From: Deferribacterales bacterium
GTDB taxonomy: Bacteria > Chrysiogenota > Deferribacteres > Deferribacterales > Geovibrionaceae
Direction of reading: 5' to 3'
Length of the DNA stretch: 17,776 nucleotides
Assembly (NCBI GenBank): GCA_050253335.1
Contig: JBFWJG010000026.1
Location: forward strand, 1 to 17,776
Part shown: positions 7,354 to 16,148 of the stretch, one piece after another
How positions within the stretch are numbered: position 1 is the stretch's first letter
Layout: each line of letters begins with the position of its first letter
Translations under genes and position numbers: made by a program
The notes under the pieces: model-generated
What the model was told of the DNA's origin: nothing
Database searches by the model: none
Seen by the model: the letters and a program-made list of their open reading frames with translations, nothing else

Positions 7354-7597
7354 TTTTACAGAAATGACGTACCCCGCCAGATTCACTTACAAGATGATGG
7401 GGGACGATACGGATTCTTTCAGGGACAGCGTGAAGGCTGTTTTTGTGCTGAAAGAGGTTATTGATATTCAGGAAAGAAGAAGCAGCAGCGGAAAGTATGT
7501 TTCGATCTCCATTACTGTGGATGTGGAAAACTACAATGAGCTGAGAAGCTTTTACGAAATGATAAGCCGAATAGACGGGCTGAAGTACCATCTTTAG
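7337..7597 (+). CDS. DUF493/YbeD-family ACT-like small protein
   Basis: YPARFTYKMMG...SSSGKYVSISITV...LRSFYE.....GLKYHL is the YbeD pattern. The TTG start overlaps the end of nfeD. Confidence 0.88.
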   Translation: MNAQNSFTEMTYPARFTYKMMGDDTDSFRDSVKAVFVLKEVIDIQERRSSSGKYVSISITVDVENYNELRSFYEMISRIDGLKYHL

Positions 7598-7640
7598 AAA
7601 AGAAGTGCGCCCCGCGTCCGGCGGGGCATCTGCTTTATTT
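7598..7640. terminator. Probable bidirectional intrinsic terminator between convergent DUF493 and OYE genes
   Basis: 7-bp GC stem GCCCCGC (7609-7615)-GTCCG-GCGGGGC (7621-7627), with an A-rich left flank and a T-rich right flank. Confidence 0.6.
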
Positions 7641-8726
7641 ATTGATAACGCACCTGATGAGCCCTTCCTTCAGGCCGGACTTGAAGCATCCGTTGCATGA
7701 AATGCAGTCCGAAGGCTCTGTGTTTCCGTTTTTCCATCTGTTTATGATCGAGGGTTCCTTTATAAGCGGCCTTGAGAGCGAGACAAAGTCCATGCCCGCC
7801 TCAAGCGCCTTCAGGCACTCCTCATAGCTTCTGTATCCGCCCACTGTCATCAGCGGAACAGAGACGGCAGAGCGTATTCTTCCCGCGTATTCAAGGTTGT
7901 AAGCCTCTCCTGATCCTGCCTTAACCCCCGTGCGAACAGGCGCGCCCTCTTTGCCTGAGGCAGGGGTTCCTGCGCTGACTTCGATTGCGTCTATACCCGC
8001 TTTCTCAAGGAGAACTGCCGCCTGAACAGCATCCTCGATGTCAAGCCCGCCTTCCAGATTATCAGATCCGTTCAGTTTTACCATAACGGGAAAATCATCC
8101 CCGACGGCCTGTCTAACCTCCGCCAGAACCTCAAGCATGAAGCGTGCTCTGTTTTCAAGGGTTCCGCCGTACTGATCCCTGCGTTTGTTAAGCGCAGGGG
8201 AGAGAAACTGGTTCATCAGATACCCGTGGGCGGCGTGGAGCTGCACAGCGTCAAACCCTGCTTCTTTGCAGAGCCTTGCGGTTTCTGCGAAAGCGGATTT
8301 TATCCTGTTGATTTCCCCTGTGTTCAGCTCCTCCGGAACGGAGGAATACTGCGGAGCCTCAACTGCTGAGGGAGCAAGGGGTTTTCTTCCCGCCATGCGC
8401 TCCGAGGACTGCCCGCCGCAGTGAACAAGCTGCCCTGCGATTTTTGCGCCGTAAACATGCACCGCGTCAGTGAGTTTTCTGTAGACTTCCACAGCCGCCT
8501 CATCTTTCAGCATCATCTGGCCGGGGGTTTGCCTTCCGTCTTCGCAGGGGACGATATATCCGGTGATTATCAGCCCTGTTCCGCCTTCCGCAAGTTCTTT
8601 ATATAAATTTATCTGCTTGTCGGAAGGGATTCCGTCCGTATCCGCGCCGCCTTCCCATGTTGCGGATCTCACAGCTTTGTTTTTGAGTACGAGTGATTTG
8701 ATATTGGATTTCTGAAATAATGTCAT
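7635..8726 (-). CDS. NADH:flavin oxidoreductase / Old Yellow Enzyme family, with C-terminal four-Cys motif
   Basis: GGTGLIITG, QLVHCGG, QLHAAHGYLMNQFLSP..NKRRDQYGG.LENRARF, DFVSLSRPLI.EP and C-terminal CISCNGC-x11-C. SD GAGG upstream. Confidence 0.93.
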   Translation of the reverse strand: MTLFQKSNIKSLVLKNKAVRSATWEGGADTDGIPSDKQINLYKELAEGGTGLIITGYIVPCEDGRQTPGQMMLKDEAAVEVYRKLTDAVHVYGAKIAGQLVHCGGQSSERMAGRKPLAPSAVEAPQYSSVPEELNTGEINRIKSAFAETARLCKEAGFDAVQLHAAHGYLMNQFLSPALNKRRDQYGGTLENRARFMLEVLAEVRQAVGDDFPVMVKLNGSDNLEGGLDIEDAVQAAVLLEKAGIDAIEVSAGTPASGKEGAPVRTGVKAGSGEAYNLEYAGRIRSAVSVPLMTVGGYRSYEECLKALEAGMDFVSLSRPLIKEPSIINRWKNGNTEPSDCISCNGCFKSGLKEGLIRCVINK

Positions 8727-8834
8727 TGATAAACCTCATGATGTTTCAGGTAATTATGGTAGGTATCAAATATTTGTCCAGTATTTAATTTTCCTCAGGG
8801 GGAGGAGATGCCGTGAAATATTCAGTCTTTTAAA

Positions 8835-8861
8835 TAAATGCGGATTATATTTGTCCGATGT
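8835..8861 (+). promoter_or_regulatory. Candidate sigma28 (FliA) promoter for the chemoreceptor gene
   Basis: TAAA (8835-8838)-N15-TCCGATGT (8854-8861) versus the consensus TAAA-N15-GCCGATAA, located upstream of an MCP. Confidence 0.6.
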
Positions 8862-8999
8862 TTTATTATTGATACATACTTTTATATGAAAAAAATTCTG
8901 TTTTACCGTTATTTATAAAATTATTTTCTTGGCTTGCAAAAAAAATCAAAAAATTTTATTTTACACGATGGTTATTTTATAAAAGTGTTATGGTGAGCT

Positions 9000-10796
9000 A
9001 TGGCTATTTTCTACGACATATACAAAGGGCTTGAAAAAAATATTTTCAACAGCCTCACAAAGAAGATCTTCGGCAACATACTGGGCATTGTCTGTTTTCA
9101 GATTCTCCTTATGACGGCGTTCTCTTTTTATCAGCGTAAAAGCATAAGCGGACTTATCTCGGCTAAGGATCCGGCTCTGGCGGAGAGTATCGGCGGCGCA
9201 ATAATGAGCCAGAGTCTCTGGCACATTGTTTTCTTTGCCCTTTTTTCAATTACTGCTGCTGTCCTGACCGCTTTTTTTATGCGGCTTCTCATTGTGAGAC
9301 CTGTCAAAAGGCTTTCCGTGCTTCTGGAAGAGGTGAGCAAGGGCGAGGGGGATCTTTCCCTGGACATGCCTCAGCTTACTTATGATGAAATGAGCGAACT
9401 GGCCGGAAATTTTAATAAGTTTATGGAAAAGCTCAGGGACATAATAAGGCAGGTGCGTGTTCTCGGGGTTAACATCGGGGTGGAATCGGCAAAGGTTGTG
9501 AAAAATGTTGATTACGCATCTAAAGACGCCAGAACTCAGGACGAGCTTGCCAACACAGTTTTCGAGGCCAGCGAAAAAGTTACCGGAGCCATTGAAACCG
9601 TTGCCGCAAACTCGCTTCAGATAAGCACCACCACAATAAATAACCTCACCCACGCTAGGGAGTCCTACAGCGAGCTTGAGCATGTGACGGAGAAGATACA
9701 GGAGGTCAGCGTTATGATAGGCTCCTTCCTCACCACTGTCACAGGGCTTGCCGAGAACTCAAGGCACATAAGGACAGTTGTTTCTCTCATTGAAGATATT
9801 TCAGACCAGACCAACCTTCTCGCCCTGAACGCTGCTATCGAAGCAGCCAGAGCCGGAGAAGCGGGTAGAGGTTTTGCAGTTGTGGCGGACGAGGTGCGCA
9901 AGCTGGCTGAAAGGGTGAAAACGGCCACAGAGGAAATTTCCAAAAACATTGACAATATAGTGGGTCAGGTGCAGAACACGGCAACCCAGACAGAAACCAT
10001 AAACGAGCACATGGGGCTCACAAAGGATGTGGTGGAGCGGACATCGGTTAAGTTTATGTCCATGGTGACCGACTTTGAGCAGACATCGGCAGGGCTTCAG
10101 AACATCACCAGCTCCCTTGATGATCTCACAAAAGTGAACGACAGGATCAATGAGAATGTTTCAGATATACACCGCATTGCAAACGAAGTTACCCACCGCA
10201 TGGCCGATTCCAAAAACTCGACTGACGATCTTAACGGCAGGATAGAAATTATTCAGGAGCTTGTGTCCAGATTCAAGATAGGCAAGGGAACATTTGAACA
10301 GATCATCCTCAAGGCTGAGGAATACAGAGATACCCTACAGTCAAAACTTACATCATATTCCTCTCAGGGGATAAACGTTTTTGATAAAAACTACCGCCTC
10401 ATAAAAGGAACAGATCCGCAGAAATATTCAACCGACTACGACAGGAAGGTGGAAGGGGAGTTTCAGAAAATATACGATGAGGCTCTTAAAACAGTGAAAG
10501 GGTGCATATTCTCCCTCTGTGTCGATACCAACGGCTATGCGCCTACTCACAACAGCAAATTCGCGAAGCCGCTGACGGGAAACCATGAGACAGATGTGCT
10601 CACTAGCAGGGATAAAAGGATTTTTAACGATCTCACAGGCTCCAGAGCAGCGAAAAACACCAAGAAGTTTCTTCTTCAGGCCTATGTGCGTGATACGGGC
10701 GAGGTGGTAAACGACCTTTCGCTTCCCATATACGTCAACGGAAAGCATTGGGGCGCGTTCAGGCTGGGGTTTGACCCGTCTGTGCTTGCTGAGTGA
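9000..10796 (+). CDS. Methyl-accepting chemotaxis protein (2 TM, HAMP, MA domain, extra C-terminal domain)
   Basis: Signalling-tip motif [43 protein letters not shown] (P...L......GEGDL...DEMSELA..FNKF), two N-terminal hydrophobic helices and a ~170 aa C-terminal extension. Confidence 0.95.
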   Translation: MAIFYDIYKGLEKNIFNSLTKKIFGNILGIVCFQILLMTAFSFYQRKSISGLISAKDPALAESIGGAIMSQSLWHIVFFALFSITAAVLTAFFMRLLIVRPVKRLSVLLEEVSKGEGDLSLDMPQLTYDEMSELAGNFNKFMEKLRDIIRQVRVLGVNIGVESAKVVKNVDYASKDARTQDELANTVFEASEKVTGAIETVAANSLQISTTTINNLTHARESYSELEHVTEKIQEVSVMIGSFLTTVTGLAENSRHIRTVVSLIEDISDQTNLLALNAAIEAARAGEAGRGFAVVADEVRKLAERVKTATEEISKNIDNIVGQVQNTATQTETINEHMGLTKDVVERTSVKFMSMVTDFEQTSAGLQNITSSLDDLTKVNDRINENVSDIHRIANEVTHRMADSKNSTDDLNGRIEIIQELVSRFKIGKGTFEQIILKAEEYRDTLQSKLTSYSSQGINVFDKNYRLIKGTDPQKYSTDYDRKVEGEFQKIYDEALKTVKGCIFSLCVDTNGYAPTHNSKFAKPLTGNHETDVLTSRDKRIFNDLTGSRAAKNTKKFLLQAYVRDTGEVVNDLSLPIYVNGKHWGAFRLGFDPSVLAE

Positions 10797-11352
10797 TTTT
10801 CAGGATGTCCAGAACCGCGGTGAGGATGTTTTCCGTGATCACATCCGCGCCGACAGGGTTTTTCTCCGCTTCCCTCAGGCCGTAGCCTGTTTTCACAAGG
10901 TACGTGCGGCAGCCGGTCTTTTTCCCGAGTTTGATGTCGCTCATCTTGTCGCCTATGATAAACATCCGCTCCGTATCCACGGGAAGCTCGCTCAGGGCTT
11001 TGTCCACCATGCCTGTTTTCGGCTTGCGGCAGCCGCAGTCAACGGCGTATTTCGGGTCTTTTGATGATGTGTGGTGCGGGCAGTAATACACGGCGTCAAG
11101 CTTTGCCCCGCCCTTACTGAGTTCGGAACGCATTTTGGAGTGCAGGGTCTCCACATTGTCCTCCCCGAAGTATCCTCTGCCCACTCCCGCCTGATTTGTG
11201 AGGACAATGACAAGAAAGCCGTGAGTATTGAGAAGGCGCACTGCCTGAGAAACAAAAGGATAAAGGCTGAAGTTGTCCGGATGATCAATATAGCCTGCCT
11301 CAATATTCATAGTGCCGTCACGGTCAATAAAAACTGCGGGAAACTTTTCCAT
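10759..11352 (-). CDS. gmhB: D-glycero-D-manno-heptose 1,7-bisphosphate phosphatase (HAD IIIA)
   Basis: [18 protein letters not shown], Zn site YYCPHH...[10 protein letters not shown] and IGDKMSD, inside an LPS operon. Start is ATG 11352 (SD GAGGA) or 11358. Confidence 0.9.
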   Translation of the reverse strand: MEKFPAVFIDRDGTMNIEAGYIDHPDNFSLYPFVSQAVRLLNTHGFLVIVLTNQAGVGRGYFGEDNVETLHSKMRSELSKGGAKLDAVYYCPHHTSSKDPKYAVDCGCRKPKTGMVDKALSELPVDTERMFIIGDKMSDIKLGKKTGCRTYLVKTGYGLREAEKNPVGADVITENILTAVLDILKITQQAQTGQTPA

Positions 11353-12199
11353 TCTCATCCTCTGTCTTCTTAAATCTCTTGTGGAGCAGATACCATTGTT
11401 CGGGGTTCTCTCTTATAACCTCTTCGAAGGCTTTGTTTATCCTCAGGGCGATGTCATAGATGCGCTCTTTCGGCCTGAGGCTGTGATCAGGCATAATAGG
11501 GTCATATAAAATGAGTTCTGCCCCATCCTCCGTCCGTTTGACAAAGGCGGGGCGTATGGGGATGTCCTTGCGGACTGCTATAACAGGCAGCCCTTTGTTG
11601 AAGGTGGTCTTTATCCCGAAGAAGGGAACGAATATGGAGTCCTTCTCGGTTGAGGCGTGGTCAAGAAGAGCTCCGATATGGGCGCTTGTGCCCGCCAGCC
11701 TGTTAATTTCATCTGCGCAGTCTCTGTGGTGGAGGTATATGAGCTTGTCGGAGAATCCCCGCTGTTTCTTCACAAACTCATCAACTTCTGGGTCTTTTAT
11801 TTTTCTTGCCAGCATGGCTATTTTAAGCGGGCTCAGCTGCGCAAGACAGGGAACCGCCAGCTCCCAGCTTCCGAAATGAGCGGAGACTATGATCTCCGGC
11901 GTGAGGAATTCCGGTTTTTCGCCTTTGCAGGTTATTGTGACATGGTTATTTATGAAGTCACCGTCAACTCCGGCTGTGTGGAATGCTTCCATATAGCTCA
12001 TGAATGTGTGGCGGAATGATTCACGGGCGCATTTCACAGGATCTTCCGCTCCGATGATTTCTGCGTTGATAACAGCAACTTTCCTTCTGGACAGCAGAAG
12101 ATACCAGAACACGGAGCCGAACATACTGCCCAAGCGCCGCAGGAATTTAAGGCTTCTTCCTCCCAGAAGAAAATAGAGGAGCTTAATCAGCAAGTGCAA
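11324..12199 (-). CDS. Lipid A late acyltransferase (LpxL/HtrB-LpxM family, LPLAT)
   Basis: Catalytic HxxxxE motif (AHFGSWE), LLDH, VPFFG and C-terminal PEQWYLLHKRFK. The TTG start overlaps the waaA stop. Confidence 0.9.
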   Translation of the reverse strand: MHLLIKLLYFLLGGRSLKFLRRLGSMFGSVFWYLLLSRRKVAVINAEIIGAEDPVKCARESFRHTFMSYMEAFHTAGVDGDFINNHVTITCKGEKPEFLTPEIIVSAHFGSWELAVPCLAQLSPLKIAMLARKIKDPEVDEFVKKQRGFSDKLIYLHHRDCADEINRLAGTSAHIGALLDHASTEKDSIFVPFFGIKTTFNKGLPVIAVRKDIPIRPAFVKRTEDGAELILYDPIMPDHSLRPKERIYDIALRINKAFEEVIRENPEQWYLLHKRFKKTEDENGKVSRSFY

Positions 12200-13406
12200 C
12201 TTTCATTGCCTCCAGAAACTTGAACAGTCTAGTGTCGGCAGAGGCCTGAACCTCCGCCCTGAAGCCGCTGAAGTCGCCTTCAGGTTCGGGGGAGGAGAAA
12301 AAAGCGGCAAGTCCGTCCTCGTCCTCCACTGTTGTTATGAGATTGTATTTAACTGCGAGTTCATAAATTTCCCTGAAGTTCTGCATGTTGCGCCCCACCG
12401 CCGCATGGCGGCCGAAACGGAGAGCCTCGAAAATATTATGTCCGCCGACATTTGCTATGGAGCCGCCTATGAAGATTCTGTCTGCGGTTTTGTAAAGCGC
12501 TTCAAGCTGACCGAAAATATCCGCCACGACAGCATTGCACCCGGGGTCGAATTCCGTCAGGGTGCAAGCCCTCAGGCCTGAGCTTTTCAGCAGTGAAAGA
12601 CATTCCGCCGTGCGGTTGAGGTGTCTGGGAGCTATGACAAGCCTGCCCTGAAACCCGCTTTTGAGGAACGCGTTTATCACGGCCGTCTCCTCCCCTTTGT
12701 GAGTGCTGGCCGCTGCGGCGAAAGGCATGTCTGTCAGAGGCTTTATCAGTGAGAGATCTGGCTCGTCGTCAAAGTCGCTGAACTTGATGTTTCCCAGAGT
12801 GGTGATGTTTTCCGAATTTCCCTTGAGCGCCGCGAAGCGTGCCGTATCCTCGTCGCTTTTGGTGAAAATGTGCTCGAATTTATGGAGAAGAGGGGAGATT
12901 ACACGGCGTATTTTCATGTATCCGCCAAGGCTTCTGTCGGAAATCCTCGCATTCACAAGGAAAAGCGGAACGTGCTTTGATGTGCCTGTTATGAAGTTCG
13001 GCCAGAGCTCGGTGTCTATGATGACAGCGGCCTTCACGTTCATGCAGTAGAGGATGTAGGAGATGGCGATGGGGTTTTCAATGGGGAGCAGAAAAGCGAA
13101 ATATGGTTTAAGCTCCTTTTCCGCTATGGCTTTTCCCGTCGCCGTGGTGGTGCTTATCATGAACTCGGCATCGGGATAGCGTCTGCGGAAGGCATTTATT
13201 AGCTGTTTAAGGCTGCGTACCTCGCCCACGCTCGCGCAGTGAAACCACACGGTTTTTGCGGGCGGCTCGGGAAAGGTGATGAAGCCGAACCGCTGAAAAT
13301 AGTCCGCGTCCTCCTTTTTCCTGAGCGCAAAAAGAAACCCCAGAGGCACAGCCACAGGGATGATTAATATTATCAGAAAGTTATACAATATTCGGAGAAT
13401 AAACAA
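12183..13406 (-). CDS. waaA: 3-deoxy-D-manno-octulosonic acid (Kdo) transferase
   Basis: WFHCASVGEV, STTTATG, DTELWPN, LVNARISDRS, GNIKF, ASTHKGEE, APRH, FIGGS...GGHNIFE. TTG start. Confidence 0.95.
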   Translation of the reverse strand: MFILRILYNFLIILIIPVAVPLGFLFALRKKEDADYFQRFGFITFPEPPAKTVWFHCASVGEVRSLKQLINAFRRRYPDAEFMISTTTATGKAIAEKELKPYFAFLLPIENPIAISYILYCMNVKAAVIIDTELWPNFITGTSKHVPLFLVNARISDRSLGGYMKIRRVISPLLHKFEHIFTKSDEDTARFAALKGNSENITTLGNIKFSDFDDEPDLSLIKPLTDMPFAAAASTHKGEETAVINAFLKSGFQGRLVIAPRHLNRTAECLSLLKSSGLRACTLTEFDPGCNAVVADIFGQLEALYKTADRIFIGGSIANVGGHNIFEALRFGRHAAVGRNMQNFREIYELAVKYNLITTVEDEDGLAAFFSSPEPEGDFSGFRAEVQASADTRLFKFLEAMKVALAD

Positions 13407-14025
13407 GCGTCTGCTCCATTGTGGATTTTTCTATCTCTTCGGTTTCCTTTTTCATCGCCTCAGGGGATGTGTCCTCTGAAACATATACTGGATCGCAGTA
13501 GTGAACATCGATTCTGGCGAAAGGGTAAGGGAGTATGAAGCCGTCCCAACTTGCGAAGCGCTTGAAGCTTCTGCAGTCGAATATGACGGGCATCATCACC
13601 CTGTGGGTGTTTTTCGCGAGGAAAAGCGCGCCCGGCTTCATTTTATATTTAGGTCCCTTGGGGCCGTCCACTGCTATTGCCGCGTGCCATTCGCCGTTCA
13701 TCAGCTTTTTGATCTCAAGGAGAGCCTTGGAGCCGTTCCGGCTGGACGAGCCCCGCACGGCTTTGTAACCGAAAGATTCCGCTACATGCGCCATGATGTC
13801 CCCGTCTTTGCTACTTGAGATTATTACGGCGAGGTTTGTGCCTTTATGAAAGTGGAGAATGGGGAAGATCTGATTGTGCCATGTGAAGAAAACAACGCTT
13901 CTGCCGCTTTTGAAAAGCTCATCAAGCTTCTCTTTTCCGGTCACGCGGTAGCGGAATGTGTTTCCGTACATCTTCATGAACTTGCCGAAAAGCCACAGAG
14001 CAAAAGGAAAAAGTCTTTTTTTCAT
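13381..14025 (-). CDS. DUF374-containing LPLAT-superfamily putative acyltransferase
   Basis: FTWHNQ, ISSSKDGD, VRGSSSRNG, AVDGPKGP, F.SWD.F..PYPF; this family typically neighbours waaA. Start is probably ATG 14025, though the ORF extends to 14091. Confidence 0.88.
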   Translation of the reverse strand: MKKRLFPFALWLFGKFMKMYGNTFRYRVTGKEKLDELFKSGRSVVFFTWHNQIFPILHFHKGTNLAVIISSSKDGDIMAHVAESFGYKAVRGSSSRNGSKALLEIKKLMNGEWHAAIAVDGPKGPKYKMKPGALFLAKNTHRVMMPVIFDCRSFKRFASWDGFILPYPFARIDVHYCDPVYVSEDTSPEAMKKETEEIEKSTMEQTLVYSPNIV

Positions 14026-14168
14026 TGTCCGACCGTAAAAACGCGCATTTATACCGCATCTCCTCAAACCACTAACTATACTTTTATTCATGTTGAAAGT
14101 AAACTGTTGATTTTCTGCGGATTCTGAACATAAATGCTGTCCAAATTTCCTATATTGTATATAACGGC

Positions 14169-14197
14169 TTGTCAGAAGATTCTGTTTTTTGTACCTT
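14169..14197 (+). promoter_or_regulatory. Candidate sigma70 promoter of hslVU
   Basis: TTGTCA (14169-14174)-17 nt-TACCTT (14192-14197), about 55 nt upstream of the hslV ATG. Confidence 0.45.
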
Positions 14198-14251
14198 ATT
14201 AGTGCTTGTCGGAATCTCAGACACAGCTTTCAACACAGCAGGGAAAGGATA

Positions 14252-14782
14252 ATGGAAATAAGAGGAACAACGGTCATCGCCGTGAGAAAAGACGGCAGAA
14301 CCGCCATAGGGGCGGACGGTCAGGTCACTTTCGGCAACACGGTCATGAAACACAACGCCAAGAAGGTAAGAAGAGTCTATAACGATAAGGTGCTGTGCGG
14401 TTTCGCAGGCTCAACGGCGGACGCCTTCACTCTTATGGAGCGTTTCGAGGCTAAGCTTGAGACCTTCGGCGGCCAGCTTCTGCGCGCGGCGGTGGAACTC
14501 GCCAAAGACTGGCGCACGGACAGGTATCTCCGCAGGCTTGAGGCTATGATGGTTGTCGCCGGAGGGGACGCAGTGTACATCATCACCGGCAACGGCGATG
14601 TTGTGGAACCGAATAACGGCGTGGCCGCCATAGGTTCCGGCGGGCCTTTTGCGCAGTCCGCGGCAGTGGCTCTCACGGAAAACACGGAACTTTCCGCCGC
14701 GGAAATAGTCAGAAAATCATTGGAGATAGCGGGCGACATCTGCATCTACACCAACAGGAACATAATAGTCGAGGAATTATAG
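14252..14782 (+). CDS. hslV: ATP-dependent protease peptidase subunit HslV
   Basis: [11 protein letters not shown] (short propeptide before the catalytic Thr), [26 protein letters not shown] and ICIYTN. SD AAGGA precedes ATG 14252. Confidence 0.96.
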   Translation: MEIRGTTVIAVRKDGRTAIGADGQVTFGNTVMKHNAKKVRRVYNDKVLCGFAGSTADAFTLMERFEAKLETFGGQLLRAAVELAKDWRTDRYLRRLEAMMVVAGGDAVYIITGNGDVVEPNNGVAAIGSGGPFAQSAAVALTENTELSAAEIVRKSLEIAGDICIYTNRNIIVEEL

Positions 14783-14784
14783 AT

Positions 14785-16140
14785 ATGAAAACCGATCAGA
14801 GTCTGATGGCGGCGCAGGGTGCGCTCACGCCGAAACAGATTGTGGAAGAGCTTGATAAATACGTTGTCGGTCAGAAAAACGCTAAGAAGGCCGTGGCTGT
14901 CGCCCTGCGCAACAGATGGCGGAGACTCCAGCTTCCGGATAAGCTTCAGGAGGAGATTTCTCCGAAAAATATAATCCTCATCGGGCCCACAGGCGTGGGC
15001 AAGACCGAGGTCGCTAGAAGGCTCGCCAAACTTGCCGGAGCGCCGTTTATGAAGATAGAGGCCAGCAAGTTCACCGAGGTGGGCTATGTGGGGCGCGATG
15101 TCGAGAGCATGGTGCGTGATCTGGTCGAGATAGCCATAGCCATGGTGAAGGCGGAGAAGAAGGACGCAGTTCTGGAAAAGGCCAGACGCAACGCCGAGGA
15201 GAGGCTTCTTGATATCCTCCTGCCGAAAAAGCCCGGGTTCTCGGAAGAGAGCTCCGATTCATCCACCCGTGAGAAATTCCGCAGGATGCTCGCCGCGGGC
15301 GAGCTTGAGGAGCGGGAGATCGAGGCGGACGTTGAGGAGCAGGGGCCTCAGGTGGAAGTGCTCACCAACATGGGCATGGATGAACTGGGGATGAACATAG
15401 GGGACATGATGAAAAACATGTTCCCGAACAGGAAGAAAAAAAGAAAAATGAAGATAAAGGAAGCCAGAACCGTCATCGAAATGGAAGAGGCGGCGAGGCT
15501 TATAGACATGGAGGACGTTAAGAAAGACGCCCTGCGCCGTGTGGAGCAGACGGGCATCATCTTCCTTGACGAGATAGACAAGATCTGCGCCCGCGAAGGT
15601 GCTGCCCACAAGGGGGGCGATGTCTCCCGCGAGGGTGTGCAGAGGGATCTGCTGCCCATAGTCGAGGGCTCCACAGTGAACACCAAGCACGGCATGGTCA
15701 ACACCTCCCACATACTTTTCATAGCGGCGGGCGCTTTCCACATGGCAAAACCGTCCGACCTCATCCCCGAGCTTCAGGGGCGTTTCCCCATAAGGGTTGA
15801 GATGGACTCTCTTGAAACGGAGGACTTCATCCGCATACTGAAAGAGCCTGAAAACGCCCTCACAAGGCAGTATGAGGCGCTTCTCAGGGCGGACGGGGTA
15901 AGTGTCGAGTTCACTGATTCCGGCATAATGAAGATAGCGGAAATCGCCACGGAGGTTAACCGCTCGCTGGAGAACATCGGCGCCAGAAGGCTCCACACCA
16001 TACTCGAAAAGCTTCTGGAGGAAATTTCCTTCGAAGCGCCGGACACGGCGGAAAAGAACATAATCATCGATGACACATATGTTGAGAATCACCTCAGGGG
16101 CATAGTCGAGGACAGGGATCTCAGCAAATACGTTTTATAG
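14785..16140 (+). CDS. hslU: ATP-dependent protease ATPase subunit HslU
   Basis: LTPKQIV..LDKY, Walker [13 protein letters not shown] pore loop, [23 protein letters not shown] and C-terminal DLSKYVL. Confidence 0.97.
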   Translation: MKTDQSLMAAQGALTPKQIVEELDKYVVGQKNAKKAVAVALRNRWRRLQLPDKLQEEISPKNIILIGPTGVGKTEVARRLAKLAGAPFMKIEASKFTEVGYVGRDVESMVRDLVEIAIAMVKAEKKDAVLEKARRNAEERLLDILLPKKPGFSEESSDSSTREKFRRMLAAGELEEREIEADVEEQGPQVEVLTNMGMDELGMNIGDMMKNMFPNRKKKRKMKIKEARTVIEMEEAARLIDMEDVKKDALRRVEQTGIIFLDEIDKICAREGAAHKGGDVSREGVQRDLLPIVEGSTVNTKHGMVNTSHILFIAAGAFHMAKPSDLIPELQGRFPIRVEMDSLETEDFIRILKEPENALTRQYEALLRADGVSVEFTDSGIMKIAEIATEVNRSLENIGARRLHTILEKLLEEISFEAPDTAEKNIIIDDTYVENHLRGIVEDRDLSKYVL

Positions 16141-16148
16141 GATAACAC

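Noticed and set aside
8727..8999. Replication origin or foreign island in the AT-rich stretch
   Set aside because: It is short, has no DnaA-box cluster or iterons, and is adequately explained as a divergent promoter region.
14092..14251. CIRCE/HrcA, CtsR or HAIR heat-shock operator upstream of hslV
   Set aside because: There is no TTAGCACTC-N9-GAGTGCTAA, GTCAAA direct repeat or CTTGAGT-N7-ACTCAAG. Only a short ACACAGC direct repeat (14221, 14233) of unknown significance is present.
14189..14251. 21-aa N-terminal extension of HslV in the ORF track
   Set aside because: HslV needs a near-N-terminal Thr. ATG 14252 has an SD and gives a typical five-residue propeptide.
15259..16092. 277-aa antisense ORF, and similar ones at 643-1212, 2241-2957, 5445-6161, 6726-7304, 16308-16808 and 16986-17459
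   Set aside because: They lie opposite well-supported genes and have no recognisable motifs. These are shadow ORFs expected from codon bias.
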